Assembly: GCA_030532135.1 (NCBI GenBank)
Contig: JAUNLT010000003.1
Coordinates: 68,423 to 132,422, forward strand
Direction of reading: 5' to 3'
Length of the DNA stretch: 64,000 nucleotides
Source of the DNA: Lagierella massiliensis
GTDB taxonomy: Bacteria; Bacillota; Clostridia; Tissierellales; Peptoniphilaceae
Position numbers and translations under genes: made by a program. The notes under the pieces were generated by a model. That model was not told where the DNA came from. It worked only from the letters and a program-made list of their open reading frames with translations, and made no database searches. Every line of letters starts with the position of its first letter. The stretch's first letter is position 1. Positions 49,783-62,663 of the stretch are shown one piece after another.

Positions 49783-50567
49783 AGCAACACTCTATGCAAA
49801 ATATATACACCTAGGAATAATAACATAAGTATTATAGTAATATAATCTCTTTTTTCATAGGATAATTCATTTAACCTAGTTCTTCCCTCTCCACCATGAT
49901 AACACCTTGCTTCCATAGCAATAGCAAGCTCATCAGCTCTTCTAAAAGAATTTATAAAAAGGGGAACTAAATTTTTTGCTCTTTTAAAAATATTTCCCGA
50001 CTCAAAATCTGCTCCTCTAGCTGTTTGAGACTTCATTATCTTTGTTGCCTCATCAAAAAGTGTTGGTATAAACCTAAGTGCAATAGTCATCATCATAGCA
50101 AGTTGATGACTTGGAAACCCTAATTTTGACAGTGGTTTCATAATTTTTTCAAGTCCATCAGTAAGTGCAATTGGAGATGTGGTTAATGTTAGTAATGAAC
50201 TTGAAGTCACTAAAAATATCAACCTTAGTGCCATAAATAACGCAAACCTAATTCCTTCTCTAGTTATATTAAAAATCCAAAATTTAAAGATTATTTCTCC
50301 AGGAGTTGCAAATATATTTATTACAAATGTCAAAATTATGATAAATCTTAAGGATTTTATTCCATTTAAAATCAACCTTACAGGAACCTTTGAATTGTAC
50401 ATTATAAGCCATAGTACAAACGCCAGTGGTATATACATATAAAGGTCTTTAACTGTAAATATTGCTATTAAAAAAATTGCAAGTCCATGTATCTTAACTC
50501 TTGGATCCAGTTTGTGGACAAAAGAATCGCCGGGAAAATACTGGCCCAATGTTATATCTTTTAGCAT
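49779..50567 (-). CDS. ecfT: ECF transporter T component
   Basis: LDPRVK, IALRFIP, ARG and AMEAR motifs. Confidence 0.93.
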   Translation of the reverse strand: MLKDITLGQYFPGDSFVHKLDPRVKIHGLAIFLIAIFTVKDLYMYIPLAFVLWLIMYNSKVPVRLILNGIKSLRFIIILTFVINIFATPGEIIFKFWIFNITREGIRFALFMALRLIFLVTSSSLLTLTTSPIALTDGLEKIMKPLSKLGFPSHQLAMMMTIALRFIPTLFDEATKIMKSQTARGADFESGNIFKRAKNLVPLFINSFRRADELAIAMEARCYHGGEGRTRLNELSYEKRDYITIILMLLFLGVYILHRVLL

Positions 50568-51421
50568 TTGGACCTCCTTAAATACTCTCTTAATACAGAC
50601 TGTGCTTCTTCTACAGTTATTATATCCGTTGGAACTTCAAGCCCTCTGTCTTTTAGTTTTATCATAAGCTCTGTGATTTGAGGAACATCAAGTCCAACAG
50701 ATCTTAACTCTTTATACCTGGAAAACACTTCTTTAGGTTTGTCATCCATAATTACTTCGCCCTTATCTAAAACCACAATTCTATTTACAAGTCTTGCAAT
50801 TTCTTCCATACTATGGGAAACTAGGATGATTGTCATATCTTCTTTTTTATATAAATTATTAATATTTTCTAAAATAGCATCTCTACCTTTAGGATCTAGC
50901 CCTGCGGTTGGTTCATCTAAGACTAAAAACTTTGGCTTCATAGCCAAAACTCCAGCAATTGCAGCTCTTCTCTTCTGACCTCCTGAAATGTCAAATGGAG
51001 AAACTTCCTTAGTTCTATCATATTCTAAGTTAACCATTTCACATGCCCATCTAACTCTTTCATCTACTTCTTCTTCAGAATACCCCATATTTATGGGACC
51101 AAATGCTATATCCTTATATATGGTCTCTTCAAAAAGTTGATATTCAGGATATTGAAAGACCAGCCCTACATTTTTTCTAATATTCCTTTTATTCTGTCCA
51201 TCTTCCTTAGTATTTATTCCATTTACTATAACATCACCTGAAGTTGGCATAGCTAATGCGTTTAAATGTTGTACCAAGGTGGATTTTCCACTTCCTGTAT
51301 GTCCTATTATTCCCACAAACTCACTTTCTCCAATGGTTAGAGTTATATTATTAAGTGCTTTTTTTTCAAATGTATTTCCCCTATTATAAGTATGGGATAA
51401 ATTTTTTAATTCAATTTGCAT
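50561..51421 (-). CDS. ecfA2: ECF transporter ATPase A'
   Basis: GHTGSGKS, FQYPEYQLFEET, DEPTAGLDP. Confidence 0.93.
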   Translation of the reverse strand: MQIELKNLSHTYNRGNTFEKKALNNITLTIGESEFVGIIGHTGSGKSTLVQHLNALAMPTSGDVIVNGINTKEDGQNKRNIRKNVGLVFQYPEYQLFEETIYKDIAFGPINMGYSEEEVDERVRWACEMVNLEYDRTKEVSPFDISGGQKRRAAIAGVLAMKPKFLVLDEPTAGLDPKGRDAILENINNLYKKEDMTIILVSHSMEEIARLVNRIVVLDKGEVIMDDKPKEVFSRYKELRSVGLDVPQITELMIKLKDRGLEVPTDIITVEEAQSVLREYLRRSKC

Positions 51422-52236
51422 ATAGCCTCCACCATCTCGTCAATGGAAAGGATGTCCTCTGGTAACTGTACTCCGTCTTTTCTAAGCCTGTACGAAAGTT
51501 CTGTAACCTGTGGCACATCTAAACCAAGTTCTCTTATCTTTTCGAACTTAGAAAACACTTCTCTAGGACTTCCCTGTAAACTAATCTCACCTTCATTAAA
51601 CACAATAACTCTATCTGCTAAAATAGCTTCATCCATAAAGTGAGTAATTAGTACAATAGTCTTTCCCCTCTCGTTTAATTTAAGCATGGTATTTACAATT
51701 TCTTCTCTTCCCACAGGATCCAACATGGCTGTAGGCTCATCCATTAAAAGACAATCTGGATCCATTGCTAAAATACCAGCAATTGCAACTCGCTGTTTTT
51801 GTCCCCCTGATAGAAGAGCAGGAGAGTGTCTCTTATAATCTGACATTTCCACAATATCCAGTGCATCATCTACCCTCTGTCTAAGTAAAGGCATGGGCAC
51901 TCCTAAGTTTTCTGGTCCAAAAGCAACGTCTTCTTCTACAATTGTTGCAACTATTTGATTGTCTGGGTTTTGAAACACCATTCCACAGTTTTTTCTAATA
52001 TCCAGAATATTTTCATCGTCCTTAGTAGAAAGACCCTCTACTCTAATTTCTCCCTTTGTAGGTTTCATCTGTCCATTTATAAGTTTTGCCAAGGTGGATT
52101 TACCCGATCCATTATGTCCAAGTATCGCTACAAACTCTCCTTTTTTAACTTCTAGATCCACATCTGTTAAAACAAATCTAGAATCTTCCTCATATCTGAA
52201 ACTAACCTTGTCCACCTTTATTAAAATATCTTCCAT
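51406..52236 (-). CDS. ecfA1: ECF transporter ATPase A
   Basis: GHNGSGKS, FQNPDNQ, DEPTAMLDP. Confidence 0.93.
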   Translation of the reverse strand: MEDILIKVDKVSFRYEEDSRFVLTDVDLEVKKGEFVAILGHNGSGKSTLAKLINGQMKPTKGEIRVEGLSTKDDENILDIRKNCGMVFQNPDNQIVATIVEEDVAFGPENLGVPMPLLRQRVDDALDIVEMSDYKRHSPALLSGGQKQRVAIAGILAMDPDCLLMDEPTAMLDPVGREEIVNTMLKLNERGKTIVLITHFMDEAILADRVIVFNEGEISLQGSPREVFSKFEKIRELGLDVPQVTELSYRLRKDGVQLPEDILSIDEMVEAICKLN

Positions 52237-52247
52237 CAGTACTCCAT

Positions 52248-52784
52248 TTAAACGTATTTAGCTCTTTCACCACCGATTAATTTTGGTCTTCTCCTCGCTC
52301 CTGAAACAAAAGTTTTTCCAACCTTATTAGGTTTTAGTCTAACAGGAATACAAACGTGTTTCATATGCATACCTATCATAGTCTGACCAATATCTAGTCC
52401 ATAATCTGCTTTTATAAATTCAACACATACAGGATCTTTCATAAGCTTATAAACTTCTGTTGCAAAGGATCCCCCAGCTTTTTTTTGTGGGACAACAGAA
52501 ACTATTTCAAAACCATATTTCATAGCACATTCTCTTTCTACTACAAGGGCTCTGTTTAAGTGTTCACAGCATTGAGCTGCTAAAAATAAATTTTCTTCTT
52601 CACAAAGCTCAATCATAGTGCTTGCAACTTCATGACCCACATTTATATCTGAATTTGTTCCTATTTTATCCCCTTGAATTTCACTTGACGAACAACCTAC
52701 CACAAGTATTTTTCCCTCTTCAAAATTACTTTGTTCTTTTAGGGATTTAAAAGCATCAATTATTTCTGTTCTTAGATTTTCCAT
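52248..52784 (-). CDS. YwlG/DUF436 (TIGR01440) family protein
   Basis: GCSSSE, QCCEHLNRALVVE, AGGS, DIGQTMIGMH, RPKLIGGERA. Confidence 0.92.
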   Translation of the reverse strand: MENLRTEIIDAFKSLKEQSNFEEGKILVVGCSSSEIQGDKIGTNSDINVGHEVASTMIELCEEENLFLAAQCCEHLNRALVVERECAMKYGFEIVSVVPQKKAGGSFATEVYKLMKDPVCVEFIKADYGLDIGQTMIGMHMKHVCIPVRLKPNKVGKTFVSGARRRPKLIGGERAKYV

Positions 52785-52802
52785 AGTTCCTCCTAAAGAA
52801 AA

Positions 52803-52821
52803 GCCGGGCTTTTGGCCCGGC
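52803..52821 (-). terminator. rpoBC terminator
   Basis: GCCGGGC...GCCCGGC stem plus TTTTCTTT on the minus strand. Confidence 0.8.
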
Positions 52822-52826
52822 GTGCA

Positions 52827-55800
52827 TTATTTTTCTACAGTTTCAGCTTCTTCATCTTCAATTACTTCTGTAACTTCAGCTTCTTCTTCAGCCATACCAT
52901 CGTAGTCTATTTTTATTGTGTTATACTGTTTAACTCCAGTTCCTGCAGGAATTAGTTGACCTATTATTACATTCTCTTTAAGTCCAAGAAGGTCATCTTC
53001 CTTACCCTTAATTGCAGCTTCTGTTAGAACTCTTGTAGTCTCTTGGAAACTTGCAGCAGATAAGAATGATTCTGTCGCAAGAGATGCTTTTGTAATTCCA
53101 AGAAGTACTGTTGTTCCATCAGCTGGTTGTTTACCTTCTTTTATTAATCTGTCGTTTTCAATTTCAAACTCTCTAAGTCCTACCATAGACCCTTCCAAAA
53201 ATTCAGAATCATTAGAAGCTTCTATTTTTACCTTAGAAAGCATTTGCTTAATTATAATCTCAATATGTTTGTCGTCAATGTCTACCCCTTGAAGACGGTA
53301 AACTTTTTGAACCTCTTTGATTATATAATCTTGAACTCCCTCAGGACCTTTTACATCTAAAATGTCATGTGGGTTTACAGATCCTTCTGTAAGAAGATCT
53401 CCCTTATTGATGAACTCTCCTTCTTTAACTTTAATTCTAGCACCATAAGGAATAGCATAAACTCTCTCTTCCCCATCTTCTCCAGCCACTAGAATGTCAT
53501 GTCTTTTTTTATTGTCAACTATTGAAACCTTACCGTCAATTTCAGTTATATATGCAAGTCCTTTTGGCTTTCTTGCTTCAAATAACTCTTCAACCCTCGG
53601 AAGACCTTGAGTAATTCCAACCCCTGCAATACCACCGGAGTGGAAAGTTCTCATGGTCAACTGTGTACCCGGTTCACCTATGGACTGTGCTGCAATTATC
53701 CCTACAGCTTCTCCAACATTAACAGGTTTTCCAGTTGCTAAGTTTCTTCCGTAACACTTTGCACAAACTCCATGTTCACATTTACATCCAAGCACTGATC
53801 TGATCTTAACTTCTTTAATTCCTAATTTTTTAATCTTTTCAGCAATCTCTTCAGTTATAATCTCATTTTTCTGAACAATTAATTCTCCAGTATCTAGATT
53901 TAAAATATCTTCAAATGCTGTTCTACCAATTATTCTTGAAGTCATATCTTCAATGAGCTCTTTGCCTTCCATAAAGTCAGTAGCTACAATGTAACGATCG
54001 GTACCACAGTCATCTTCTCTAACAATTATATCTTGAGAAACATCTACAAGACGTCTTGTAAGATATCCTGAGTCGGCAGTTCTAAGAGCCGTATCGGAAA
54101 GACCCTTTCTAGAACCATGAGTTGAAATAAAGAACTCTTGTACTGAAAGACCCTCCCTAAAGTTTGCTTTAATAGGAATTTCTATAGTTTTACCCGATGC
54201 TGAAGACATAAGTCCCCTCATACCAGCTAATTGACGAATTTGATTTGTAGAACCTCTGGCTCCTGAATTTGCCATGATAGCTAGGTTGTTTCTTGGGTCT
54301 AAATCTTCAAGTAGTGCATCTGTTACATTATCTGTAGTCTTATTCCATATATCTATAACAAATTCATATCTTTCTTCTTCAGATACTAAACCTTTACGAA
54401 GTAGTTTTTCATACTTTTTAACTTCTTCGTCAGCAGTCTTTAATATATCTTCTTTCGCATCTGGAACTTCAACATCTGACATTGAAATTGTTATAGCTGC
54501 AATAGTAGAGTATTTGTATCCAGTTGACTTAATATAGTCAAGAAGTCTAGCAGTTCCAATGTTTCCATGTTTTCTAAAACATCTGTCTATTATATCTCCA
54601 AGTGTCTTTTTGTCCACAATTTTATCTACTTCTAGTGAATATGGATCTGAACTTCTATCCACATATCCTAAGTCTTGTGGAATACCACTATTAAAGATAA
54701 ACCTACCAACTGTAGATTTAACTAGTTTACCCCTGTCAGTTTCATCTTTTTTGATTCTAACCATAACTATGGAATGAGTGTGAATAATCTTATTTTCATA
54801 AGCTCTAATCATCTCGTCATAGTCTTGATAAATTCTAACTTTCTCCTCTTCTTCTCCGTCATATGTCAAATAATAAGAACCTAGTACCATATCTTGAGAA
54901 GGGGTAGTAATTGGTTTACCATCCTTTGGAGCAAGAATATTATTAGTTGACATCATTAAAAGTCTTGCTTCAGCTTGAGCTTCTACAGAAAGAGGTAAGT
55001 GTACCGCCATTTGGTCTCCGTCAAAGTCCGCATTATAAGCAGTACATGCTAGAGGATGAAGTTTAATAGCTTTACCTTCTACAAGTACCGGTTCAAACGC
55101 TTGAATACCAAGTCTGTGTAGAGTCGGAGCCCTATTTAAAAGCACAGGATGATCTTTAATTACTTCTTCAAGAATATCCCAAACTTGTTCACTTTCCCTC
55201 TCAACCATTTTCTTTGCGTTCTTTATATTATGGGCTACACCTTGAACCACAAGTTCTCTCATTACAAAAGGTTTAAACAGTTCAAGTGCCATTTTCTTAG
55301 GTAGACCACATTGATAGAATTTCAAATTAGGTCCAACCACAATTACAGAACGTCCTGAATAGTCTACACGTTTACCAAGAAGGTTTTGTCTAAATCTACC
55401 AGTTTTTCCTTTAAGCATATCTGAAAGAGATTTTAACGGTCTATTTCCAGGGCCTGTAACAGGCTTTCCTCTTCTTCCGTTGTCAATTAAAGCGTCAACC
55501 GCTTCTTGAAGCATTCTCTTTTCATTTCTTACTATAATTTCAGGAGCTCCTATATCTAGAAGTCTCTTCAATCTGTTATTTCTATTAATAACCCTTCTGT
55601 AAAGGTCATTTAAATCAGAAGTTGCAAATCTTCCACCTTCAAGTTGAACCATAGGTCTTAAATCTGGTGGTATTACAGGAATTGCTTCCAGTATCATCCA
55701 TGATGGGTCATTTCCAGACTCTAAGAAAGCGTCTACAACTTCAAGTCTTCTTAAAATTCTAACCTTCTTTTGTCCTGTAGCTCCCTGTAAATCCTCTTTT

Positions 55801-56378
55801 AATTCATCATATTCCTTTTGTAAATCTATATTTAAAAGAAGTTCTTTAACAGCCTCTGCACCCATACCAGCTTTAAAATCAACACCATCTGTGTATTTTT
55901 CACAAGCTTCCATATATTCATATTCAGTTAGAAGTTGTTTTTTATACATATTAGTGTCCCCTGCATCTATTACCACATAAGATGCAAAGTACAAAATCTT
56001 TTCCAAAGCTCTTGGACTCATGTCAAGTAAAAGTCCCATTCTAGATGGTATTCCTTTAAAATACCAAATATGAGAAACAGGAGCTGCCAATTCAATATGC
56101 CCCATTCTCTCACGTCTAACTTTGGATTTTGTAACTTCAACTCCACACTTTTCGCAAACTACGCCTTTATATCTTACTCTTTTATACTTACCACAATTAC
56201 ATTCCCAGTCCTTAGTAGGCCCGAAAATCTTTTCGCAGAAAAGTCCTTCTTTTTCTGGTTTTAAAGTTCTATAATTTATAGTTTCAGGTTTCTTAACCTC
56301 ACCATAAGACCATTGTCTAATCTTTTCAGGAGAGGAAAGACCTATTCTCATTGAGTCAAAAGTATTTAATTCTTCCAA
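52827..56378 (-). CDS. rpoC: RNA polymerase beta' subunit
   Basis: NADFDGD, zinc-finger cysteines, GKRVDYSGR. Confidence 0.99.
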   Translation of the reverse strand: MEELNTFDSMRIGLSSPEKIRQWSYGEVKKPETINYRTLKPEKEGLFCEKIFGPTKDWECNCGKYKRVRYKGVVCEKCGVEVTKSKVRRERMGHIELAAPVSHIWYFKGIPSRMGLLLDMSPRALEKILYFASYVVIDAGDTNMYKKQLLTEYEYMEACEKYTDGVDFKAGMGAEAVKELLLNIDLQKEYDELKEDLQGATGQKKVRILRRLEVVDAFLESGNDPSWMILEAIPVIPPDLRPMVQLEGGRFATSDLNDLYRRVINRNNRLKRLLDIGAPEIIVRNEKRMLQEAVDALIDNGRRGKPVTGPGNRPLKSLSDMLKGKTGRFRQNLLGKRVDYSGRSVIVVGPNLKFYQCGLPKKMALELFKPFVMRELVVQGVAHNIKNAKKMVERESEQVWDILEEVIKDHPVLLNRAPTLHRLGIQAFEPVLVEGKAIKLHPLACTAYNADFDGDQMAVHLPLSVEAQAEARLLMMSTNNILAPKDGKPITTPSQDMVLGSYYLTYDGEEEEKVRIYQDYDEMIRAYENKIIHTHSIVMVRIKKDETDRGKLVKSTVGRFIFNSGIPQDLGYVDRSSDPYSLEVDKIVDKKTLGDIIDRCFRKHGNIGTARLLDYIKSTGYKYSTIAAITISMSDVEVPDAKEDILKTADEEVKKYEKLLRKGLVSEEERYEFVIDIWNKTTDNVTDALLEDLDPRNNLAIMANSGARGSTNQIRQLAGMRGLMSSASGKTIEIPIKANFREGLSVQEFFISTHGSRKGLSDTALRTADSGYLTRRLVDVSQDIIVREDDCGTDRYIVATDFMEGKELIEDMTSRIIGRTAFEDILNLDTGELIVQKNEIITEEIAEKIKKLGIKEVKIRSVLGCKCEHGVCAKCYGRNLATGKPVNVGEAVGIIAAQSIGEPGTQLTMRTFHSGGIAGVGITQGLPRVEELFEARKPKGLAYITEIDGKVSIVDNKKRHDILVAGEDGEERVYAIPYGARIKVKEGEFINKGDLLTEGSVNPHDILDVKGPEGVQDYIIKEVQKVYRLQGVDIDDKHIEIIIKQMLSKVKIEASNDSEFLEGSMVGLREFEIENDRLIKEGKQPADGTTVLLGITKASLATESFLSAASFQETTRVLTEAAIKGKEDDLLGLKENVIIGQLIPAGTGVKQYNTIKIDYDGMAEEEAEVTEVIEDEEAETVEK

Positions 56379-56401
56379 AGAGTATCTCCCTTCTTAACTC
56401 A

Positions 56402-59400
56402 CTAATCTTCTAAATCCTCATCTTTTTCTACGAATGAAAATCCTAAATCAGCATTGTCTTTCGCCTTTTCAAAGTCATTTACAACTTTTTCGCCCTTTTC
56501 ATACTCAACAGAATTAAAATCAAGCACATCGTCTATGTTTTCCTTAAATTGGACTTCTTCATGTGTATTGTCCAAAAGTTTTACATCCAATGCCAATGAC
56601 TGCAATTCTTTGATTAAAACTTTAAATGATTCAGGAATACCTGGCTCAGGAATATTTTCACCTTTAACGATGGATTCATAAGTTTTAACACGACCTACCA
56701 CATCATCAGACTTAACAGTTAATATCTCTTGAAGTGTATGGGATGCACCATATGCTTCCAATGCCCAAACTTCCATCTCACCAAATCTCTGTCCACCAAA
56801 TTGAGCTTTACCACCAAGTGGTTGCTGTGTAACAAGAGAATAAGGTCCTGTTGAACGAGCGTGAATTTTTTCATCAACTAAGTGGTGAAGTTTTAACATA
56901 TACATATAACCAACAGTTACAGGATTGTCAAAAGGCTCTCCCGTTCTACCGTCTCTAACTCTTAATTTACCATTAGTTGGATAACCCGCTTCTTCTAAAG
57001 CTTCCAAAATATCCTGGTCTGAAGCTCCATCAAATACAGGTGTTGCAACCTTCCAATTAAGTTTTTTAGCCGCAAGACCTAAGTGAACTTCAAGAACTTG
57101 TCCAAGGTTCATACGAGAAGGTACACCTAGAGGATTTAGAACTATTTGAATTGGAGTTCCATCATCTAAATACGGCATATCTTCAACAGGTAACACTCTA
57201 GAAACTACACCTTTATTACCGTGACGACCACACATCTTGTCACCAACTTGTATTTTTCTCTTTGTAGCTACATATACTCTTACAACTTGGTTTACACCTG
57301 GAGAAAGTTCATCTCCATTTGCTCTTGTATATACTTTAACATCAACTACTATTCCCGTTTCTCCATGAGGTACCCTTAGAGATGTATCTCTAACTTCTCT
57401 AGCTTTTTCTCCAAATATGGCTCTAAGAAGTCTCTCTTCGGCTGAAAGTTCTGTCTCCCCCTTAGGAGTAACTTTTCCAACCAATATGTCTCCACTTGTA
57501 ACCTCTGCACCGATACGAATAATTCCTCTATCGTCTAGATTCTTCCTCATATCTTCTCCCACATTAGGAATATCCTTCGTGATTTCTTCAGGTCCAAGCT
57601 TAGTTTCTCTAGCTTCACTTTCATGTTCTTCAATGTGAACAGAAGTTAACACATCATCTATTACAAGTTTTTCATTTAGTAACATGGCGTCTTCAAAGTT
57701 ATAACCTTCCCATGTCATAAATGCAATTAATATATTTTTACCAAGTGCAATTTCACCGTTTTCCGTACTAGGACCATCGGCAATTACATCTCCTACTTTG
57801 ACTCTTTGTCCCTTGTTTACAATAGGTCTTTGATTAAAAGTAGTACCTTGGTTTGATCTTTTGAATTTTAAAATTTTGTAGTATTCTACTTTCTTATTGT
57901 CATCTCTTGTGATTTGTACTTCATCACTTGAAACTTTAGTAACCACACCATCACATTTAGAAAGAACCACTACACCCGAGTCTTTAGCAGCTCTATGCTC
58001 AATACCTGTTCCAATTATTGGCGCATCGGTTTTTAATAGAGGAACTGCCTGTCTTTGCATATTAGATCCCATTAGCGCTCTTGTTGCGTCATCATTTTCC
58101 AAGAACGGTATCATAGCTGTACCTATAGAAACTATCTGTTGAGGACTTACGTCCATATAGTCTACAGATTCCCTTGCATATATATCATTTTCACCATAAT
58201 ATCCACGACCTAATACCCTCTCGTTGATAAGATTTCCTTCTTCATCAAGAGGCTCATTAGCCTGAACTATAATGTATAAGTCTTCTTGATCCGCTGTAAG
58301 CTTGTGGATTTCATCAGTTACTCTACCATTGACAACCTTTCTGTAAGGAGTTTGAATAAAACCATATTCATTAAGACTCGCATAGGTTGTCATAGAAGTA
58401 ATAAGACCGATATTTGGTCCTTCAGGTGTCTCTATTGGACAAATTCTTCCATAGTGAGAATCGTGAACGTCACGAACTTCCGCCCCTGCTCTATCCCTTG
58501 AAAGTCCTCCAGGTCCAAGTGCAGACATCCTTCTCTTATGAGTAAGCTCTGCTAGAGGATTTGTTTGATCCATAAACTGTGAAAGCTGAGAAGAACCAAA
58601 AAATTCCTTAATAGATGCAACAACAGGTCTTATGTTAATAAGAGCTTGAGGAGTTGCAAGATCCGGGTCTTGAGTTGACATTCTCTCTTTTACAACTCTT
58701 TCCATTCTAGAAAGACCAATTCTAAATTGATTTTGTAAAAGTTCACCAACAGCTCTAACCCTTCTATTTCCAAGATGATCTATATCGTCAACATTTCCAA
58801 CGCCATAAAATAAATTAAATTCATAAGAAATACTAGCTAAAATGTCCTGAGGAGTAATATGCATAGGACTAAGTTCATTTACAGATTCTTTAATTGCATT
58901 GTAAATTTCTTCATCAGTTTCATACTCTTCTAAAATTTCTTTCATCTTAGGATAATATACTTTTTCAGATAACCTAAGAACACTAAAGTCCATATCAAGT
59001 CCAAAAGAGTCCAAACTTACAAACCTATTAGAAATTACTCTAACTCTTTCATTTTCAGACATTATATCGAGATAGTAAATTCCTGAATTTTCTATCTCTC
59101 TTGCCAATTCTGGAGAAATAAAATCTCCTGCAGAACCAAGTATTTCACCAGTTTCTTCATTTACTACATCATCTGCTAAATAATGCCCAGTAATTCTATT
59201 TACTAATGAAAGCTTTTCATTGTATTTGTATCTACCTACTTTTGCTAAATCATATCTTCTTGGATCGAAGAATAAATTATTAAGTAAAGGTTCGGCAGAT
59301 TCTAGTGAAGCAGGATCACTAGGTTTTAATTTTCTGTAAATTTCAAGGATAGCTTCCTCTCTTGTATTGGAAACTTCCTTTTCTAAAGTTGCTTTAAGTT

Positions 59401-60040
59401 CCTTTGTATCACCTAAAGCCTCAATTATCTCATCATCAGTAGGGTAAATCAAAGCCCTTAATAAAGTGGTAACAGGAAGTTTTCTAGTCCTGTCAATCCT
59501 TACACTAATCACTCCGTTAGAATCAGTATCATATTCCAACCAAGCACCACGGTTAGGTATTACAGTTGATGAAAACAACTTATTACCTGACTTGTCAATT
59601 TCTTGTGCAAAGTAAACCCCGGGAGAACGTACAAGCTGACTGACGATAACTCTCTCAGCTCCGTTGATAATGAATGTACCACTATCTGTCATCATTGGGA
59701 AATCTCCCATAAATACCTCTTGTTCCTTAACCTCGCCCGTGTCCTTGTTAATAAGTCTAATCTTAACCTTTAACGGACATGAGTAGTTAGCGTCCCTATC
59801 CTTTGCTTCTTGTTGGGAATACTTTGGAGTTTCTTCCAAATAATAGTCAACAAATTCAAGTACTAAAGAACCTGCATAGTCAGAAATAGGACTTACGTCA
59901 TCGAAAACTTCTCTAAGTCCTTCTTCTAAAAACCAATTATAACTATCCTTTTGTACTGCTATTAAATTTGGAAGATCTTGAACTTTTTGAATACGAGAGT
60001 ACGTAACTCTTTCAGTAGTTCCATACTGTTCATTGTGCAT
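56402..60040 (-). CDS. rpoB: RNA polymerase beta subunit
   Basis: [37 protein letters not shown]. Confidence 0.99.
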   Translation of the reverse strand: MHNEQYGTTERVTYSRIQKVQDLPNLIAVQKDSYNWFLEEGLREVFDDVSPISDYAGSLVLEFVDYYLEETPKYSQQEAKDRDANYSCPLKVKIRLINKDTGEVKEQEVFMGDFPMMTDSGTFIINGAERVIVSQLVRSPGVYFAQEIDKSGNKLFSSTVIPNRGAWLEYDTDSNGVISVRIDRTRKLPVTTLLRALIYPTDDEIIEALGDTKELKATLEKEVSNTREEAILEIYRKLKPSDPASLESAEPLLNNLFFDPRRYDLAKVGRYKYNEKLSLVNRITGHYLADDVVNEETGEILGSAGDFISPELAREIENSGIYYLDIMSENERVRVISNRFVSLDSFGLDMDFSVLRLSEKVYYPKMKEILEEYETDEEIYNAIKESVNELSPMHITPQDILASISYEFNLFYGVGNVDDIDHLGNRRVRAVGELLQNQFRIGLSRMERVVKERMSTQDPDLATPQALINIRPVVASIKEFFGSSQLSQFMDQTNPLAELTHKRRMSALGPGGLSRDRAGAEVRDVHDSHYGRICPIETPEGPNIGLITSMTTYASLNEYGFIQTPYRKVVNGRVTDEIHKLTADQEDLYIIVQANEPLDEEGNLINERVLGRGYYGENDIYARESVDYMDVSPQQIVSIGTAMIPFLENDDATRALMGSNMQRQAVPLLKTDAPIIGTGIEHRAAKDSGVVVLSKCDGVVTKVSSDEVQITRDDNKKVEYYKILKFKRSNQGTTFNQRPIVNKGQRVKVGDVIADGPSTENGEIALGKNILIAFMTWEGYNFEDAMLLNEKLVIDDVLTSVHIEEHESEARETKLGPEEITKDIPNVGEDMRKNLDDRGIIRIGAEVTSGDILVGKVTPKGETELSAEERLLRAIFGEKAREVRDTSLRVPHGETGIVVDVKVYTRANGDELSPGVNQVVRVYVATKRKIQVGDKMCGRHGNKGVVSRVLPVEDMPYLDDGTPIQIVLNPLGVPSRMNLGQVLEVHLGLAAKKLNWKVATPVFDGASDQDILEALEEAGYPTNGKLRVRDGRTGEPFDNPVTVGYMYMLKLHHLVDEKIHARSTGPYSLVTQQPLGGKAQFGGQRFGEMEVWALEAYGASHTLQEILTVKSDDVVGRVKTYESIVKGENIPEPGIPESFKVLIKELQSLALDVKLLDNTHEEVQFKENIDDVLDFNSVEYEKGEKVVNDFEKAKDNADLGFSFVEKDEDLED

Positions 60041-60388
60041 TAGCGACCCACCTCTCTATGATTAAAAAGACAAGTAAATATGAAAAATATAATTATAGCA
60101 TACTTACCCATTTTCCAATATTACATTCCAGTATTTTAACATAAAACATTTAGAAAATCAAGAAAAATGTTATTTATTTATTATAACACGAAAAAACCTT
60201 CAATAATCACTATTTTTCAAGTTTTAATCCCTTATTGAAATGTTTTTTACGATAATTTTTTAATTAGAAAGAATTACATAGGTTTAAAAGTATATAAAAT
60301 TTAATAGTAAACCTAATTTCAAAATTTATAAGAATAAAGTCATTAATATAGTAAAGAAAAAATAAATTTGTATTAATCTTAAAAATAT

Positions 60389-60417
60389 AAAAATGCTCAG
60401 GTAACCTGAGCATTTTT
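60389..60417 (-). terminator. Terminator after fhs-yerC
   Basis: AAAAATGCTCAGG-taa-CCTGAGCATTTTT. Confidence 0.85.
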
Positions 60418-60419
60418 TA

Positions 60420-60740
60420 TTATTTGTTTCGTTTTGCTTCCAAATCTCTTTTAATCAATTCGTCTAATACCAATTCATAGCCTTCAGCTCCATAGTTTAG
60501 ACTTCTATTTACTCTACTAATTGTAGCAGTGGAAGCTCCCGTTTCCTTTTCTATTTCATTATAAGTTTTTCTTATTTTAAGAAGTTTTGCAACTTCGAGC
60601 CTTTGAGTAATTGAATGAAGTTCTCTAACCGTACAAACATCTTCAAAGAACTTGTAGCAGTCATCTCTGTCTTTTAACATCATGACAGCATCAAAGAAAT
60701 CATCTAATTGCTTACTCTTAAGCCTAGATTCGTTACTCAA
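60420..60740 (-). CDS. YerC/YecD TrpR-related protein
   Basis: FFEDVCTV.E, GASTATISRVNR.L.YG..GY. Confidence 0.92.
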   Translation of the reverse strand: MSNESRLKSKQLDDFFDAVMMLKDRDDCYKFFEDVCTVRELHSITQRLEVAKLLKIRKTYNEIEKETGASTATISRVNRSLNYGAEGYELVLDELIKRDLEAKRNK

Positions 60741-60754
60741 AATATCACTACTCC

Positions 60755-62428
60755 TTAGAACAGGCCAACTATCTCTCCTGATTCCAATACGTCTATGTTA
60801 TTAGCCGCTGGAACCTTTGGAAGACCAGGCATTGTCATAATATCTCCAGTTAGGGCAACAATGAATCCGGCTCCTCTAGAGATTCTTAAATCTCTAACTG
60901 TAATGTGGAAGTCATTTGGTGCTCCTAATAGTTTAGGATCATCAGAGAAAGAGTATTGTGTCTTAGCCATACATACTGGGTAGTTATCTAATCCCAATTT
61001 GCTAATTTCAGCTAATTTCTTCTTAGCCTTAGTAGTAAACTCAACACCATTTCCTCTATATACTTCTTTAACTACTTTTTCTATTTTTTCTTGAACATTT
61101 AAGTCTTCTTCATATAGGTAATGGAAGTTATTTTCGCTATCGTCAATTTTCTTAACTACTGCTTTTGCTAAGTCTATAGCACCATCTCCACCTTTTGCCC
61201 AAACGTCTGCAAGAATTGCCTCACTACCTGATTCAGTAGTTAATTTATTTAATAATTCCAATTCAGCATCTGTATCTGTTGGGAAACGGTTGATAGCTAC
61301 TACACATGGGATACCAAATTTGTGCATATTTTCAATATGTCTTCCCAAGTTTTCAAATCCAGCTTTTAAAGCCTCAAGGTTTTCTTCACCTAATTGATCT
61401 TTAGCTACTCCCCCGTGATGTTTTAAAGCTCTTACAGTAGCTACAATAACTGTACAGTCTGGAGTTATTCCACCTAGACGACATTTAATATCAAAGAATT
61501 TTTCAGCCCCTAAGTCTCCACCAAAACCTGCTTCTGTAACAGTATAGTCTGCAAGCTTCATAGCAAGTTTAGTTGCAACTACAGAGTTACATCCGTGAGC
61601 TATATTTGCAAAAGGTCCACCGTGAAGAATTGCAGGTGTGTTTTCTAGAGTTTGAACTAAGTTAGGATTTATAGCGTCTTTCATGATAAGAGCTACAGCA
61701 CCTTCTGCTTTAATGTCCTTAGCATAAACTGGTTCCCCTTGATAGTTATAAGCTATAAGTATGTTTCCTATTCTTTCCTTTAAGTCTTCAAGACTTGTAC
61801 TTAAGCATAGGATAGCCATTACTTCAGAAGCAACAGTTATATCAAAACCGTCTTCTCTTGGAACTCCATTTGGTTTTCCACCAAGACCTACAACTATATT
61901 TCTTAACGCTCTATCGTTCATATCAAGAACTCTCTTCCAAAGAATTCTTCTAGGGTCTATTCCCAAAGCGTTACCTTGTTGTAGATGGTTATCCAATAAT
62001 GCAGCTATTAGGTTGTTAGCTGTAGTTATTGCATGGAAATCGCCTGTAAAGTGCATGTTGATGTCTTCCATAGGTACAACTTGTGCATATCCACCACCAG
62101 CAGCTCCACCTTTAATACCAAAGCTTGGTCCAAGAGATGGTTCTCTAAGAGCAGATATAGCAGATTTACCAATCTTGTTAAGTCCCATTGAAAGACCAAC
62201 GTTTACTGTAGTTTTACCTTCCCCTGCAGGAGTTGGGTTAATAGCAGTAACAAGAATTAACTTACCGTCTTCTTTATCTTTGTACTTTTCTAAAAGTCCT
62301 AAATCCAATTTTGCCTTATAATTACCATAAAGATAAAGATCCTTTTCCTCAAGACCCAAGCGTTTACCAACTTCAACTATAGGATCCATTTTGGCTTCTT
62401 GTGCTATTTGTACGTCAGTTTTCATCAA
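60755..62428 (-). CDS. fhs: Formate--tetrahydrofolate ligase
   Basis: [41 protein letters not shown]. Confidence 0.98.
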   Translation of the reverse strand: MMKTDVQIAQEAKMDPIVEVGKRLGLEEKDLYLYGNYKAKLDLGLLEKYKDKEDGKLILVTAINPTPAGEGKTTVNVGLSMGLNKIGKSAISALREPSLGPSFGIKGGAAGGGYAQVVPMEDINMHFTGDFHAITTANNLIAALLDNHLQQGNALGIDPRRILWKRVLDMNDRALRNIVVGLGGKPNGVPREDGFDITVASEVMAILCLSTSLEDLKERIGNILIAYNYQGEPVYAKDIKAEGAVALIMKDAINPNLVQTLENTPAILHGGPFANIAHGCNSVVATKLAMKLADYTVTEAGFGGDLGAEKFFDIKCRLGGITPDCTVIVATVRALKHHGGVAKDQLGEENLEALKAGFENLGRHIENMHKFGIPCVVAINRFPTDTDAELELLNKLTTESGSEAILADVWAKGGDGAIDLAKAVVKKIDDSENNFHYLYEEDLNVQEKIEKVVKEVYRGNGVEFTTKAKKKLAEISKLGLDNYPVCMAKTQYSFSDDPKLLGAPNDFHITVRDLRISRGAGFIVALTGDIMTMPGLPKVPAANNIDVLESGEIVGLF

Positions 62429-62663
62429 TAAATAACCTCCTAATTTACTTTTTAACTATAATACATCAACTTTTATGATTTATTTACACAGCAAAAATCC
62501 ATTAAAAGTTCTTTATATTATTTACCCAGTAGATTAAACTTTAATCAGTTAATACCTAAAAAGATTTACTCTTTAGAACATTAAAAAACACAGTTTAAAC
62601 ACTACTTATCTATTATACTTTAAACAAATTTTTTTTACAAAACTATCAAAGTATTTTCAATAT

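Noticed and set aside
58520-58610. Possible rifampicin-resistance substitutions in rpoB cluster I
   Set aside because: Key Q, D, H and S residues are retained (SQFMDQ...THKRRMSAL); only a conservative L->M is seen
62429-62663. Riboswitch (THF/ZTP) upstream of fhs
   Set aside because: The region is very AT-rich with no recognisable conserved helices; an Infernal/Rfam scan would settle it
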